DNA from: Nemertoderma westbladi
Taxonomy: Eukaryota > Animalia > Xenacoelomorpha
DNA length: 64,000 bases
Reading direction: 5' to 3'
Assembly (NCBI GenBank): GCA_032718475.1
Contig: JAUCBJ010002801.1
Coordinates: 7,156 to 71,155 of the forward strand
Shown: piece by piece, positions 13,361-25,360 of the stretch
Position numbering within the stretch: the first letter of the stretch is position 1
How the letters are laid out: the number at the start of each line of letters is the position of its first letter
Position numbers and translations under genes: made by a program
Notes under the pieces: model-generated
Told to the model about the DNA's origin: nothing
The model's input: only the letters and a program-made list of their open reading frames with translations
Database searches by the model: none

Positions 13361-15529
13361 GTTTGATTGTACAGTTGAATGCCTGCTGCTATATTACAGC
13401 TAAAGCAAGTCTAGTAATTCAGTATCACTGTTAGCCTAATAATTAATTACCGATACTGCTACTCAGTGTAGCGTGATATATATAATATATTAGAATACCG
13501 GTATGCTTATAGTAGATATATAAGTATTATTACAGACTAGATTTGTCACAGAATACCAGTATATAATTTTAGCACAAATATATATAAATATATAATAGGC
13601 CTATCGTGAATACCGGTATACAGCTGACACTTATAGTATATATAAGTATAATTATTACAGACTAGAATTAATTACAGAATACCGGAATGATTTCAGCCTA
13701 AATTTATAGAATAAATATAATAAGCCTATTGTAAATACCGGTATGTCAATTATTTTAAAAATAATTGAATTTCTGAATATTAGGGGTTACTTGGTTACTT
13801 TACTTACTTTATTACCGTTATTTGAGCAGCAGTCCAACTGATATTAAGACCTAAGTGTTGTATAACAGGCCTACTATTTTATTAATAGATTTAGTGGATT
13901 TATAGGTACCCGTATGAGGGGTTTTGTTACAATATTGAAATAGATGTTATTATTTCTGGGAAGTAATCACTACACAAACGCTGTGCGCTCTCAGTGAAGT
14001 ACTACTTATTGGACACTAAAACAAATAATTCTACTTCCTAAGTTACTTATCTACGAATTACTTACAATACGGGTGAGATTAAATCTCTAATTAAACACAA
14101 CAAAAATATTACGTACGAAATTTTAGGGTAATTTTACAGGGAACTACAAACCAGCCTAACAGAGTGTTAGATTTTCTGGTTATTACAACGGACAGGATAC
14201 TACGGTATTTGAAAATAATAAGTAGTAGTAAATACACTGTGTTGTCCAGATAGGAAAATACCACCGCCTGACGACCTATAGCCGTATCGCTATAGGTACT
14301 ACGTTATGTATCACGGAGTGTCCCTACCTAGAAGTTAATTACCGCGGTCTACCAGAACCAACGTGCCTATTAACCACTTTACAACACAAATATACTGCCT
14401 ACACACTAATTACCCTCGGAAAGCACTGTACACTAAACCCTAAATTAGGTACAAGTACTTGTATAACAAATAATCAGTAGTTAAAAATACTTGAACAGCT
14501 AAAAGAACCACGGCATCTGCTGGAGTGACCGGTGCACAAAATCACCAGTCTTTACCTACGCCAAGCAGCCCGTGTAGTACCGGGGTTAATTTAACTATAA
14601 CGGTATGTGTAACAAGCACAATTACTGTAGGAATAAACTTAGGGATATGAATGTTGCGAATAATCGCATAAACTCTGAATAATAAATATTACGCTACCTG
14701 TACAAACTACTCAAACAAATTACAAACCAAATGCTGGCAGACTACCATCAAGCCTAAATAAATTACAGTATGTGCAGATTCCGAAATAGTTAGTTAGTAT
14801 GCGTTCTAACCTAGTAGTACGACTTATTCTTTAGGTGGGGATTTACCTTACAGCTCTGGCTGCCCCTACTTCCTAACCGTCACTTTATCGGACAGATACT
14901 CTACACACACTACAATCCCTTCAGACCCAACAACAGCCAGACAACAATCTAGCCTATAAATTATCTGAATAAGAAATATTACGGTACCTGTACAGACTAC
15001 ACAAACAAAGTACAGACCAAACGCTGGCAGACTACTATCAAGCCCAAATAAACTACAGGACATGCAGACTCCGAAATGGTTAGGTAGTATGCATTCTAAC
15101 CTAGTAGTACGACTTATTCTTTAGGTGGGGATTTACCTTACAGCTCTGGCTGCCCCTACTTCCTAACCGTTCTTTATCGGACATACACTCTACATGCACT
15201 GCAATCCGTTCAGACCCAACAACAGTCAGAACAACAGTTCAGCCTACAAATTATCTGTACAATCTGAGCAGGGTTACACGCCTTCTGCTCAATATTAGCC
15301 TACTAGTAAATAAAACTGACAGAAATAAGTAAAAATCCCAATAAAAAACCAGGGCTGCAGTCCCCGATTTAATATCAAGACCTACCGGTATATAATTATC
15401 AAAATCGAATAATACTGCTGTACCTGTACTGTTGTAAGTACCGGTCCGGATGATCAGGCAGTCAGGCCTACTGGTTACCGGTCGACCGGTACTTTAGTCT
15501 TGATCGCTTACGCCGCAATCAAGATCCTA

Positions 15530-15540
15530 CAAACTGTTAT
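15530..15540 (-). promoter_or_regulatory. Non-tRNA primer-binding site ATAACAGTTTG, complementary to own LTR site 16307-16316
   Basis: Directly follows the 5' LTR end; lacks TGG; 10-nt complement CAAACTGTTA lies in the LTR on the minus strand. Confidence 0.75.
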
Positions 15541-16690
15541 TGTTCGCGCTTTTAAGACCTTTGGCAGTTTAACCCGCCAAATCTATATGTCTTCTAGGTT
15601 ATAAATCTACTCCAGCCTATGACAAGTATTGAACACCTATAATAATTCTAACATTAGCCAAAGCCAGTCTGTGCGCGACCATTCACCCGCTGGATATACC
15701 CGGGAGACTGGATTTGGATGCTTTAATTTGATTGCGGTGCAGGCCTACCGTACTATTCGATTGATCGTTAATATATAATCTCTGACGAATATTATTCACT
15801 TTCGGGAAATATTAGCAGTTCCTTTAGGACGTGGCGCTCTATCTATTTAAACAGAGCTATGACTTACACTATACACAACAGTATGTCTTATAGATCACCA
15901 AAGTGCATTCTTTAGGAAATGCTTTGTTACTCGGTCAAGCACACACAGACTATTGCACACAACTGCACACTGAATTGCCGACATTCACTGATTTTAATCA
16001 TATATAAAGAGAATAACAACCGACATTTGTAGGGCCTATTAAGTAGCATTGAACTCACTACAAACCACGATAATGTATGTCGCAAATTGTTATATGTAAC
16101 CGGTCTCTCTAACCTTAGTGTATCAAGAAGATTGGGTTTTCGGATCGTTATCAATATTCTTCCCAATAATAATATGTAAACGAACGATACAATTAACAAC
16201 ACAGTAAATAGCAGTAAATAATGCGGCGAAAAGCAGTTTACGTCAGGGTGAGCTTTTACAGATGCCGAGTTGACCAAGTTAACCGAGACCGAGACCGAGA
16301 CCGAGTTAACAGTTTGATGATCTAATAATTAAAGACGCTCTAATGTCAGAAAACATTCCCCGGCCGGTGTTCTAGGCGTGGGGGAAACGTCAGTACTGAA
16401 TCCTGTAATTCTGCTGTACAGCTTTTACACAAAGAGGGAATCTCTGATTGGTCGAATGGCCAAAGGCTCCACGTGGACACAGCTGATAGATGTCGTCATT
16501 TTGAGCTGAGCAGAACAAAGAACCAAGGCAAGGCTCCGGGCAAACTACACGTGTAAAGCTCAGCCGTTAGCTGTCGTCATAGTAACGACACTGTTTCAAG
16601 AGGATCTAGGGCGTTGCGTCATAGAATTGCTACTTATGTCCTCTAAAGTACACATACAGAAGAAATAGCTTTTATGTCCCCTAAAAACAC
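15541..16690 (-). repeat. BEL-1 5' LTR, lacking its first ~95 bp
   Basis: Identity to the 3' LTR stops after CTAAAAACAC at 16690, where a LINE 3' tail begins. Confidence 0.92.
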
Positions 16691-17379
16691 GGTTCATTTC
16701 ATTTCTTTGTTTAATTCGCATGTAGCGACAAAATAATAAACATGATAAAAAATGTGCACGCATTAATTACACATGTGTGAAATAATCCAGTTAAATATTG
16801 CACAATTGTAGAGAGATATATATATATTTAAAGATACACCCCCAGCCGGGGTAAGGTATATGATAGAGTGTTCAAGACAAATTCTGCAGAAAAATAGCAA
16901 TAAGTAAAATCGATTAAACGAAAGACCTTATAGTGGTTTTGAAAATAAGTGCTTTAAATAAAATTAATGTTTGAATATACTATATTAAAAAGAAAGATAC
17001 AGTAGCTGGTCCTTATTGATTTTATTGAATTTCCCATCAGCTGCTTATGTGGAGTACGCCTACTGCAAGAGTGACTAAGATACCAAAGTATATAATAAAC
17101 ATATACAATAAGCATACTGTAGTATAATTGTAACTATACCAGATCAACTAATATCATCATTTGATTTAATTCGCACGAGGCGACAATACCGGGTAAATGT
17201 AAATAAAAATGCACGCAAATGCACAATAAAAACAGCTGGCTAAAAATATAAAGTATGTGATTAGAATATGGATTGATATTATGTATATGTATTGATGATA
17301 TAGGGATTGATATTATTATATATATGATATGGATTAAGATTGATAGAATCCAAATAAAATCATAGTCAGACAAAGCGAA

Positions 17380-20300
17380 TTATCGGTCAAAGTATTGCTG
17401 GATCCGCCTTCTTTTGGTACTAAAGGGAACATTGCACCTAAAGCAGTTTTGGATGAAATTCACCCCACCCAATTCTGGGATTGTAAGTGATCCCGACTCG
17501 ACCCGTGTCCTAAGTTGTCTCCTGTCATACCTGGCCGTGCAGAGAGACCTTACGCTTGGAAGTGGATACAGGGAGCTGCAAGTTTGCTGACAAGAGCTCA
17601 GACCACCATGGGATTTAATTGTTGAGTGAGAAAGGTATCGACAGACAAGAAAGTTACATTCTGTGGCATTCGGACCATTGCAGGCACGTTGCAAGCAGCA
17701 CATGTTGTCATAAGCGATCACAGCGGAGATTGGAGTTGTGTTAGTAATCTTGTGCAAAACAGCATTTGGCACGTAACAGCTTACGTGCATCAGTCCACGC
17801 AGCACCTTCCTATAGGAAATGTCAAGTTCGCGCAGTTCCTTGTCAGTTAGCCGTCCCACCAGGAATCTCATCTTGTACAGTAGCGATGGGACCGCCGCTG
17901 TGTTCCATAGAGCGAAGAGTGTGCTCGGGTTTATTCTCCTTGCGGTCCAACCCTTCTGGTGGAAGGTCTCTGAGATTATTGTTAGATATCGTTTGAGTTC
18001 CTTCAATACTGCGGTCCTTTGTATATTTAGTGAGACGCCAAGGAATGATAATGACTTTGTTGGCTGTATAAGTACACCATTTATTTTAAGAAAACATGGA
18101 ATCCCCTGACCATTACGTCCAGATCCTAGGATATAAGTCCATTCTGTCTTTGAGCCTTCCACAGATAGACCCACACGTGCGAGTTCACGAGAGATTATCA
18201 CTATCATATCTTCTAGATCCTTAACTGACTCCCCGGTTAAAAATAGATCATCCGCGTAACAAAAGAGATGAGAGTATGATGCCAGTTTTCCTGGACCGAA
18301 TCCCGATTCCTTCAGTTTATCTGGTAAGAATCCGATATAGAAGGTGAATAGTACAGGTGAGATTAATGAACCTTGCTTGAGGCCACGAGTCAACTTGATT
18401 CCAATGGACTCAACCAACTCCCCAAATTTCAGATGAATCATTGTTTTCCTATAGTAGTCAAGCAGGACTGCACAGATATGGGGATTTAATACTTCCAGTA
18501 GCTTGTCATGGAGAACATGAAATTCGACACTGTCGAATGCTGACTTGATGTCCAGCTTGCACAGGATTGAATTCCTCCCATTTTCCCGTTGCATCTCCAA
18601 TTGTTCCATGATTACTGCTAGTGCAATATCTGTACCCAACCTTTTCCTATAGGCGAATTGCGAGCGGGGTTTAGGAAGTGCCATGAGGTATTCTGACAGA
18701 ATCACAGCCTCAAACACTTTGGAAAGAATGCTTATAGAGGCGATAGGCCTGAATGAGTTGGTTTTTAGTGGATCCCTTTGTTTTCCTTTGAAAATGTTTG
18801 TGACTACAGTCCTGCCAAAGCAAGAGGGGACCTTGCCCAGTCTGAGACAGGCATTCAATAGCTTGGCTATTGTGTCTGTAGCAATGTCCAGACTTACTAG
18901 GAGTATGTGCTCTATTACTAAAGATCCAAAATCTGGCGCTTTCCCTGGGGATATGGCTAGGATAGCCCTCCGTACTGTAGCTTTGGACACCGAAGGAATG
19001 TTACTGTGCTGGCACGCCACTGATATATTATGCTCCACTTCCCGTGTAAGATTTTCGTTTGCATCTGCCTGTGCTGCTTCTTGATATTGTTTAATTAGTT
19101 TCTCTTCGACATCCTTATTCGGGCTAATCATGGCCCTTGGGTTGATATTCCTCCAGAAATTTCGTGGATCCTTCTTTTCCAGCTGAGTGATTTTTTCCAC
19201 TTCTTGAGTTTCTTTATTGCGGAGGAGCCAGTTCTTGAGTCGCCTGACCCCACGTTTGGACTCCTTATATGATTCCTCTAACTTTGTACTTAAGACGCAG
19301 TCAGGTGCTGCTATTTTCCACAGTGAGTGTAGCTGTTTTGTTTGCCTTGACCGCTGGGCCAAATTGGCAGATTTTATTCGGTGCTGGTGTCCTTGGCGCC
19401 TGTTCTTTTTTATTGGTATATGTTCTAATGAAGCTGTGAGAAATATTTGTTCAAGCTGGACTGCCGCTGGTTCCAAGTTGGCCTCCTTCCAGGTTGCGCT
19501 AGCATGTTGTGTTGCCCAGAACTCTTCTAACTTGGTACTAACACTCTGGTTATAATCTGACAACTGTTGGGGCGTTGCTCAGTCCCAGTTAAACCGCGTT
19601 TGTTTAGTTTTCTTCCGTCCTTGGGTGGGCTTGATTCGAGTATTGACATTGCCTTTATCCATGATCGATATGTTAGCAATTACAGGTCTGTGGTCTGAGC
19701 AGTTTATAATTCCATCTTGGTCAGGATTATCATCAAGGACTTCGCCATTGGTAATGAGTGACCTTCCTGTCTTTGTTGTAAGAATATGGTCAATATAGGA
19801 TGAGGAAGTTGGCCCTGCATACGTGGATAATGGACCTGAGAAGCAACTGTATGTATCCGCTGCAAAAAGGTGTTGTTCATGCAGGAAGCGGGATAAGCGC
19901 TTCCCACGGGTGGATGCATTGTACCTATTGTATCGGGGTCCTTGTGTAGATCCGAGGTCTCCGTTTGTGTCTGACAGAATGAATGGAATAGCATCAGAGT
20001 TATTAAGCAGTAAGGATTCCAGGCGATTCAGGTGGTGTTCATATTCATCGGTTGGTTTGCTGGCATCCGGAGCATAACTGGAAATTAGCAGGAGTTTGCC
20101 CAGTGAGCTGACTGTGTTTGCTTTTATCCCGATTATGTCGTCCCCAGATTCAACTATTGATATGTTAGTGAATACATTCCTTCTATAAAAGAGGGCCACC
20201 CCACCAGCACATCGTTTCCTGTGTGGGTTACCCATTCGCCCCCCTACTACATGTAAATACTCAAAGTCCTTATTTAACATTGATAGATGTAGGCGTGATT

Positions 20301-20450
20301 GTAGTTCGTCCAGCCATGTCTCTTGTATTGCAAGTACATCCGTCTTTTCCAGTAAGTGGTTGATGAAATCCCAGCTGCTTGAGAAGCCATGGCAGTTGAA
20401 TGTTGCGATTCTCAGGTTTTTAGGTGCGTCCCCCCTGGTACCCTTTTCAT
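17380..20450 (-). pseudogene. LINE ORF2: APE endonuclease + reverse transcriptase with one in-frame TGA (19579-19581)
   Basis: IATFNCHG, IQETWL, GGVALF, SDTNGD, SYIDHI, SDHRPV; then FRPIAS, LDIKSAFDSV, GLKQGSLISP, YADD, FLGV. The two track ORFs are in the same frame. Confidence 0.92.
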
Positions 20451-20452
20451 TG

Positions 20453-23356
20453 TTAAACCCGCCGATTGGATTGGTGGGTGCCAGGGGACCATTCCCTGAC
20501 TCTGTCTCCTCTGTACCCCCACGATGAGTTCATTTGTAGGTTTGGTAGGTTCCCTCTGTCGCAGCATCTAATGTTGCTTGGCCAGAAGTCATGCTTAAGG
20601 GTCTTAAGTTTATCTTTAATATCAATAGTGGCCCGGATTCGTTTTGATTGGGGGTTAAGACCAGATAAGCTGGTTGTTGTGCGCTGTACCATTACTCCTC
20701 TGCGTTCTAGGTAGTTAGTGACATCAGCTTCATTCTCGCACTGGTGGAGACCCGTGATGTATATGACTGCTGGATTTCGTACCTGCTTAATGCTGGTTCT
20801 TCTAATCTCCCGTTTCCCATTGTGGTTGAGGTTGCAGGGTTTGGAGTTAACATAGTCCTTCCTCTGCCTGTGTAAGCTGGTGCTTATATCCTCTTGGGAT
20901 CTGAGTGGCTCCTTTCTCGTTTCCCTGGTTATGTTGTTGCAGTATGGATTAGCTTCTCGGGATAGTAGTTCATACTTGTTGCTTGTCTGGGTTTTGTTTA
21001 TGACATCTTTAGTTTTACTGTCAGTCCTACCATGTCGTTTTGCTTGTGGTCTTGGTCTATTGTTACTTTTAATTCTACTGCAGTCAGAACTGATGGTGTC
21101 GATCACAATTAATTCTTCCAAATCGCTCCGAGGCGGACTCTTGTTTTCTCCTTCATATATTTTCTTATGACTTCGTCTTTTACCAGTGATGTCGACCAAG
21201 CTATTGTTCTCCTTGGATTTATCTTGAATCAACTTAATCTTTTTGTTCATTATTTGCCCTTGAATAGAAATGTTTCTGTTATTATTTACTGACACTTGAG
21301 GTTGCATTATTTTGTCAGTGTGTGGCTTCATTACAGACATTATTTTTGCCTCTAGGATTAAGCGAGCACCCCGTTCTTCGTTCAGGTCTTCCTTAATCCG
21401 TTTATTTTCCTCCTCCATTGTGTCTACATTATTCTCCAGGGAGCAGATCCTGGCTTGTAAGGCTGCAACGGAAGATATAAGGTCTGATCTTAATTGTTCT
21501 AATGATATTGCTGATGGAGAGGTTTCTGTTTGCACTTTTTTCTTCAGACGTTTTCGAGCCGCATCTGTCAGGTTTCCAACCTGGATTGCAAGTAACAGTT
21601 CATATATGTCCAGCGAAACCTCGCTAGGTGAGCCACGCTGCCTGAGCTCAAGAGTGACCTGTTGTGTTGGGGCCATGAGCTGCACCACCTCTGCGAATAA
21701 CTTAGTTCTAATATTTAATCGGTGCTCTGATGAGAAAGTATTTAGTCTTTTTAATGTTGCTTTCTTAGAGCCCAAGAGGAGGGAAGACATGATATTGCTG
21801 GTTGAATCTGATGAATCCTGGCAAGATGGTTGTATATTCCCGGATAAGGTAGGTGTGCCAGGATCCCCACAAGACAGGTTGTTAGGGTTATCCGTGGATC
21901 TATGACTGGCATTACCTAGGATTGGCCAGGTGGTGTTTGTCTGATGGCCATGGGTTATAGGTGTCGGGTTTGATGCCACTGCCATAAAGGATGATGGCGG
22001 CACCAGCTGATGTGATGTGGGTGTACAAATGAGGTCACTGTCGATTTTGACATCTTTAATGACACCTTCCAACCATTTGCGTATACCCCCATTAAGTTTT
22101 TGGAATACATCTTTAGCACCTGTGGCTAAGTAAATGGCATATATGCAGATAAACGGGCCACAGTCGTGGCCATTGGATTGACTTGGGATTTCGCGGTGGC
22201 GCATTTCTACTTGCCATTCCGGACCTGCAACTCCTTTGACTCTATGAATCAAGTTGAGCAGGTTGCATAATATGGACTGATTTATGCCGCTATAATCTCT
22301 TTTGATTGGGCAAAAAGAGTATAGTTTCCTGGTGGTCACTTCTGCAATGTGTAAAGTATACTGGCTGTTGGTGCACTCAGGGAAGAATATTAATTCCTCA
22401 GTCTCTAGGTCACAGCTACTTGTGATGTATCTTACTGCGGCAGATACATCGAATTTGTCTTGGCTCAACTTGAGGCACAGTGAACTGTCAACAGAGCGTA
22501 TGTGTGGGAAATGTCTCTCCAGTAAGCCAAAGAAGCAGTCTATTATACCGGTAGTTACTAACGAGGTTCCCTGCAAACTTTCCATATCAAGACCACCTTG
22601 CACTGGGTTGAATAGTGGTTTTGGTGAGTGTCTACGTGGCTTTGTGATAGCCTTCACTACATCTAATTCATTGAAACCAGGTTCAATGTCGGCATGAAAG
22701 ATGCCTTCTAGTACTGAGTCACTATCTTCTTCCATGATGCTTAGTCCTGGTCTGGTGGGTCTGCCTTCTTCGTGAGATACATTTTCATTCACTGAACTGG
22801 TGGGCTTGGGTTCATTATATAGAGTATCGCTCAGTGGTTGGAACTCTGGGCTATTTGGATTTAATATGTGTGCGCTAGCCTTTATTGCTGTTGGCTGTGA
22901 CTTCTGGAAGAAATCGGTAATTTTCTTCACCTTTCTGCTGCTGCTTCGATTGCATATAGCTATGCATTCTACTCCCGGGGAAGACACTGCATGGTTGTGA
23001 GTGGTAGAATTTCCTGGTGGACCTGCAACTCCTTCTGGGATAGTGTTGGTAAAAAGAGGGCTTATTGGATCAGCAATTGACCCAGCATTGTCGAGACATG
23101 TGACCTTGGGTTCGCTTGCAATGCCTTGACCTATAGGGTTAGTTGATGGGGCTGTAGCGTACTGTTGGTCTGTGGTGTGGTTGTTTTTTGGGCGTGGGTA
23201 TGCATTTATGGTGATATATCTGGGCTTCCAGGTGAGGTCATCCTGGAGGTCATCCACTCTGTGTATCAGTGTCTCCTGCCCAGTTACTGCACCTTGAATA
23301 GAATTGGAACACATGTGGTCCCCATAGTTCTCCTCTGGTCCCTGCAAATTTGCCAC
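20453..23356 (-). CDS. LINE ORF1 (at least 967 aa): disordered N-terminus, Ulp1/SENP-like domain, coiled coil, C-terminal RRM-like domain
   Basis: IPSQSNGHDCGPFICIYA resembles the C48 protease Q-x-N-x-x-D-C-G motif. Coiled coil LQARICSLENNVDTMEEENKRIKE. RRM-like VIYITGL...FWPSNIRC. ORFs 23284-23529 and 23554-~24298 are probably frameshifted upstream parts. Confidence 0.8.
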   Translation of the reverse strand: MANLQGPEENYGDHMCSNSIQGAVTGQETLIHRVDDLQDDLTWKPRYITINAYPRPKNNHTTDQQYATAPSTNPIGQGIASEPKVTCLDNAGSIADPISPLFTNTIPEGVAGPPGNSTTHNHAVSSPGVECIAICNRSSSRKVKKITDFFQKSQPTAIKASAHILNPNSPEFQPLSDTLYNEPKPTSSVNENVSHEEGRPTRPGLSIMEEDSDSVLEGIFHADIEPGFNELDVVKAITKPRRHSPKPLFNPVQGGLDMESLQGTSLVTTGIIDCFFGLLERHFPHIRSVDSSLCLKLSQDKFDVSAAVRYITSSCDLETEELIFFPECTNSQYTLHIAEVTTRKLYSFCPIKRDYSGINQSILCNLLNLIHRVKGVAGPEWQVEMRHREIPSQSNGHDCGPFICIYAIYLATGAKDVFQKLNGGIRKWLEGVIKDVKIDSDLICTPTSHQLVPPSSFMAVASNPTPITHGHQTNTTWPILGNASHRSTDNPNNLSCGDPGTPTLSGNIQPSCQDSSDSTSNIMSSLLLGSKKATLKRLNTFSSEHRLNIRTKLFAEVVQLMAPTQQVTLELRQRGSPSEVSLDIYELLLAIQVGNLTDAARKRLKKKVQTETSPSAISLEQLRSDLISSVAALQARICSLENNVDTMEEENKRIKEDLNEERGARLILEAKIMSVMKPHTDKIMQPQVSVNNNRNISIQGQIMNKKIKLIQDKSKENNSLVDITGKRRSHKKIYEGENKSPPRSDLEELIVIDTISSDCSRIKSNNRPRPQAKRHGRTDSKTKDVINKTQTSNKYELLSREANPYCNNITRETRKEPLRSQEDISTSLHRQRKDYVNSKPCNLNHNGKREIRRTSIKQVRNPAVIYITGLHQCENEADVTNYLERRGVMVQRTTTSLSGLNPQSKRIRATIDIKDKLKTLKHDFWPSNIRCCDRGNLPNLQMNSSWGYRGDRVREWSPGTHQSNRRV

Positions 23357-24298
23357 CTCTGAGCATGTATTAGCATCCCCCTGAGAATCGAGTTGCAGGA
23401 GGCAGCATCAGGTTCATTTCTTCCCAGATAAACATCATTGTTGACCACCTCAGAGATGAATGCTTCCTTTAGTATGTCAACCTTACCTTGTCCGCTAAGT
23501 CGCTCTAATCCACTCTCTGATATATCCATGAATGGTGGGCAATCTGGGATCAGCTAACCAGGCTGCGTCAAAGAGAAACTATCAGTCACTGTTATAGACA
23601 CTGGAGAAGGTGGGTCGCTGGTTGCGGCTGCACCTTGATCTGCATTCACATCATTTTGATCTGCAATCGGCTCTATTGCTCTATTAGGTTCTATTGCGTC
23701 TGGTGAGTCATTAACCTGTCTGGGATTGTAGGGTATTGACTTAGGAAGGGCACCTTGGCTCCTGGTATGCGGTCTGGTTGCCTGGCATTTCTTCCCAAGC
23801 TGCTGCCAGTAACCAGGACCCCTCTTAGCTCGGCGAACAGCTGTACTTACCAGTGGTTGTTTGGCTGCTGATATAGTAGTGGTAACACAGTTACTATAAC
23901 TAGTAAATATAGAAATATTATTAGGTATACGCACCAAAAAGTTTGTATTTGTAACTGGGATAGGGCTAGTACCAGCGCCAAACTTGGAGCCATTGTTTGT
24001 GCTTTCCTGACGCACCCGAGCCGGGTCATTGGCTGTATGGTTACCCGGGCCTAACCAGCTTGGGTGTGCAGTATTGTAAACGCCGCCAGAATGGGGTGGT
24101 TTCATATGGATAGGTGTAGTAGTCGTCCTATTGCACCAGCTACCACCATCTGCTGGGTCCTCAACCATAATAGCGTTATTCACAGAGTTTGTGGTGGTCG
24201 AGATTGGTGGGGACATTGGAGTCGTCATCTTACCCGTAGATGGATCAGATCCTGAGACTATCATATTAAAGTTGTCGTTCCAGTTTTCAGGAAGACAC

Positions 24299-25347
24299 AT
24301 GTGTACTTTAGCGGACATAACAAGCCATTTTATGCCGCAATGCGCCAAAATACTCTTAATACAGTGTAGTTCAGATGACGACATCTATCAGCTGATATGT
24401 CGACGTGGAGCTTTTTGGCTTTCTTTGTTTAGGCTCACTCACTCGACCAATCAGAGCGATTTTCATTTTATTTGCACAGAAGCCTCCGGGAAATCGCGCA
24501 ATGCATTATGGTCTTTGTTTACCTTTTTTCCTGAGCCTAGAACATCGGCTGTGGAATTATTCTGTGTTTCAGACTTTAGCCAAACATTAGAACGGCTTTG
24601 ATCATAGAAACGTATAACTGTTATCTAATCAAATCTATCTACCACCTATCATATCATAACTATACGTACCTTTCACCGCATTATTTTACTGCTATTTACT
24701 GTCTGTTATTAATTGTTATCAGTTGATGGAATGTTGCTATATTTGGAGAATATCGATAAATAATCATAAAACCCCAATCTTCTTGATATACTAAAGGTTA
24801 CATATAGCAATTGCGACTTACATTATAGTGGTTTTGAGTGAATTGAATGCTATTTCATAGGCCCTACATGTGTCAGTTGCTGTTCTCCTTATATATGATT
24901 AAAATTAGTGAAGGTCGGCAGATCAGTGTGCAGCAGTGTGCGGTATTGTACATGAGTGTGATAGATAACAAAGCATTTCCTAAAGAATGCGTTTTATACA
25001 TAAAACATTAGCCATCCCGTTGTGTTTAGTGTAAGTCATAACTCTGTTCACATACTTAGAGCGCCACGTCCTAAAGGAACTGTTAATATTTCCCGAAAGT
25101 GAATAATATTTGTCAGAGATTATATATTAACGATCAATCGAATAGTACAGTAAGCCTACACTGCAATAAGGTCAGAGCATCCGAATCCAGTCTCCCTTAA
25201 CCGTGGGTGAATGATCGCGCATAGGCTGGCTTTGGCTAATGTAACTTTATGTGTATCAAATACTTGTTATAGGCTAAAGTCGATTTATAACCTAGAAGAC
25301 ACCTAAATTTGGCAGGTTAAACTGCTAAAGGTCTAAAAGCGCGAACA
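24299..25347 (+). repeat. BEL-2 5' LTR lacking its first ~130 bp
   Basis: Aligns to the BEL-3 LTR from ATGTGTACTTT onward; ends GCGCGAACA; CCAAT box (GACCAATCAG) at ~24445. Confidence 0.9.
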
Positions 25348-25360
25348 ATAACAGTTATAC
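25348..25360 (+). promoter_or_regulatory. Non-tRNA primer-binding site ATAACAGTTATAC, perfect complement of LTR 24612-24624
   Basis: 13/13 reverse complement of GTATAACTGTTAT; abuts the LTR end. Confidence 0.82.

Larger units (their letters stand above)
4993..16690 (-). mobile_element. BEL/Pao LTR retrotransposon copy 1 (non-autonomous: RT, most of RNase H, integrase and exonuclease deleted)
   Basis: Two near-identical LTRs; gag with three CCHC-type knuckles; protease ALLDSGST; colinear with BEL-2 apart from large deletions. Confidence 0.93.
16693..24298 (-). mobile_element. LINE (CR1/L2-like group), 3' end intact, 5' end lost
   Basis: ORF1 and ORF2 (APE + RT), ~690 bp 3' UTR, and an ATTAAA..GAAATGAAATGAA simple-repeat tail at the junction. 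Confidence 0.9.

Noticed and set aside
15927-16277. LTR-internal ORFs (also 41903-42157, 53465-53719, 24131-24601)
   Set aside because: The 15927 frame is broken by an indel in the sister LTR; none is conserved across the three elements or shows a recognisable domain.
23554-24384. Independent 276-aa gene
   Set aside because: Its first ~28 codons are antisense BEL-2 LTR fused to LINE ORF1 sequence, so it is a junction chimera.
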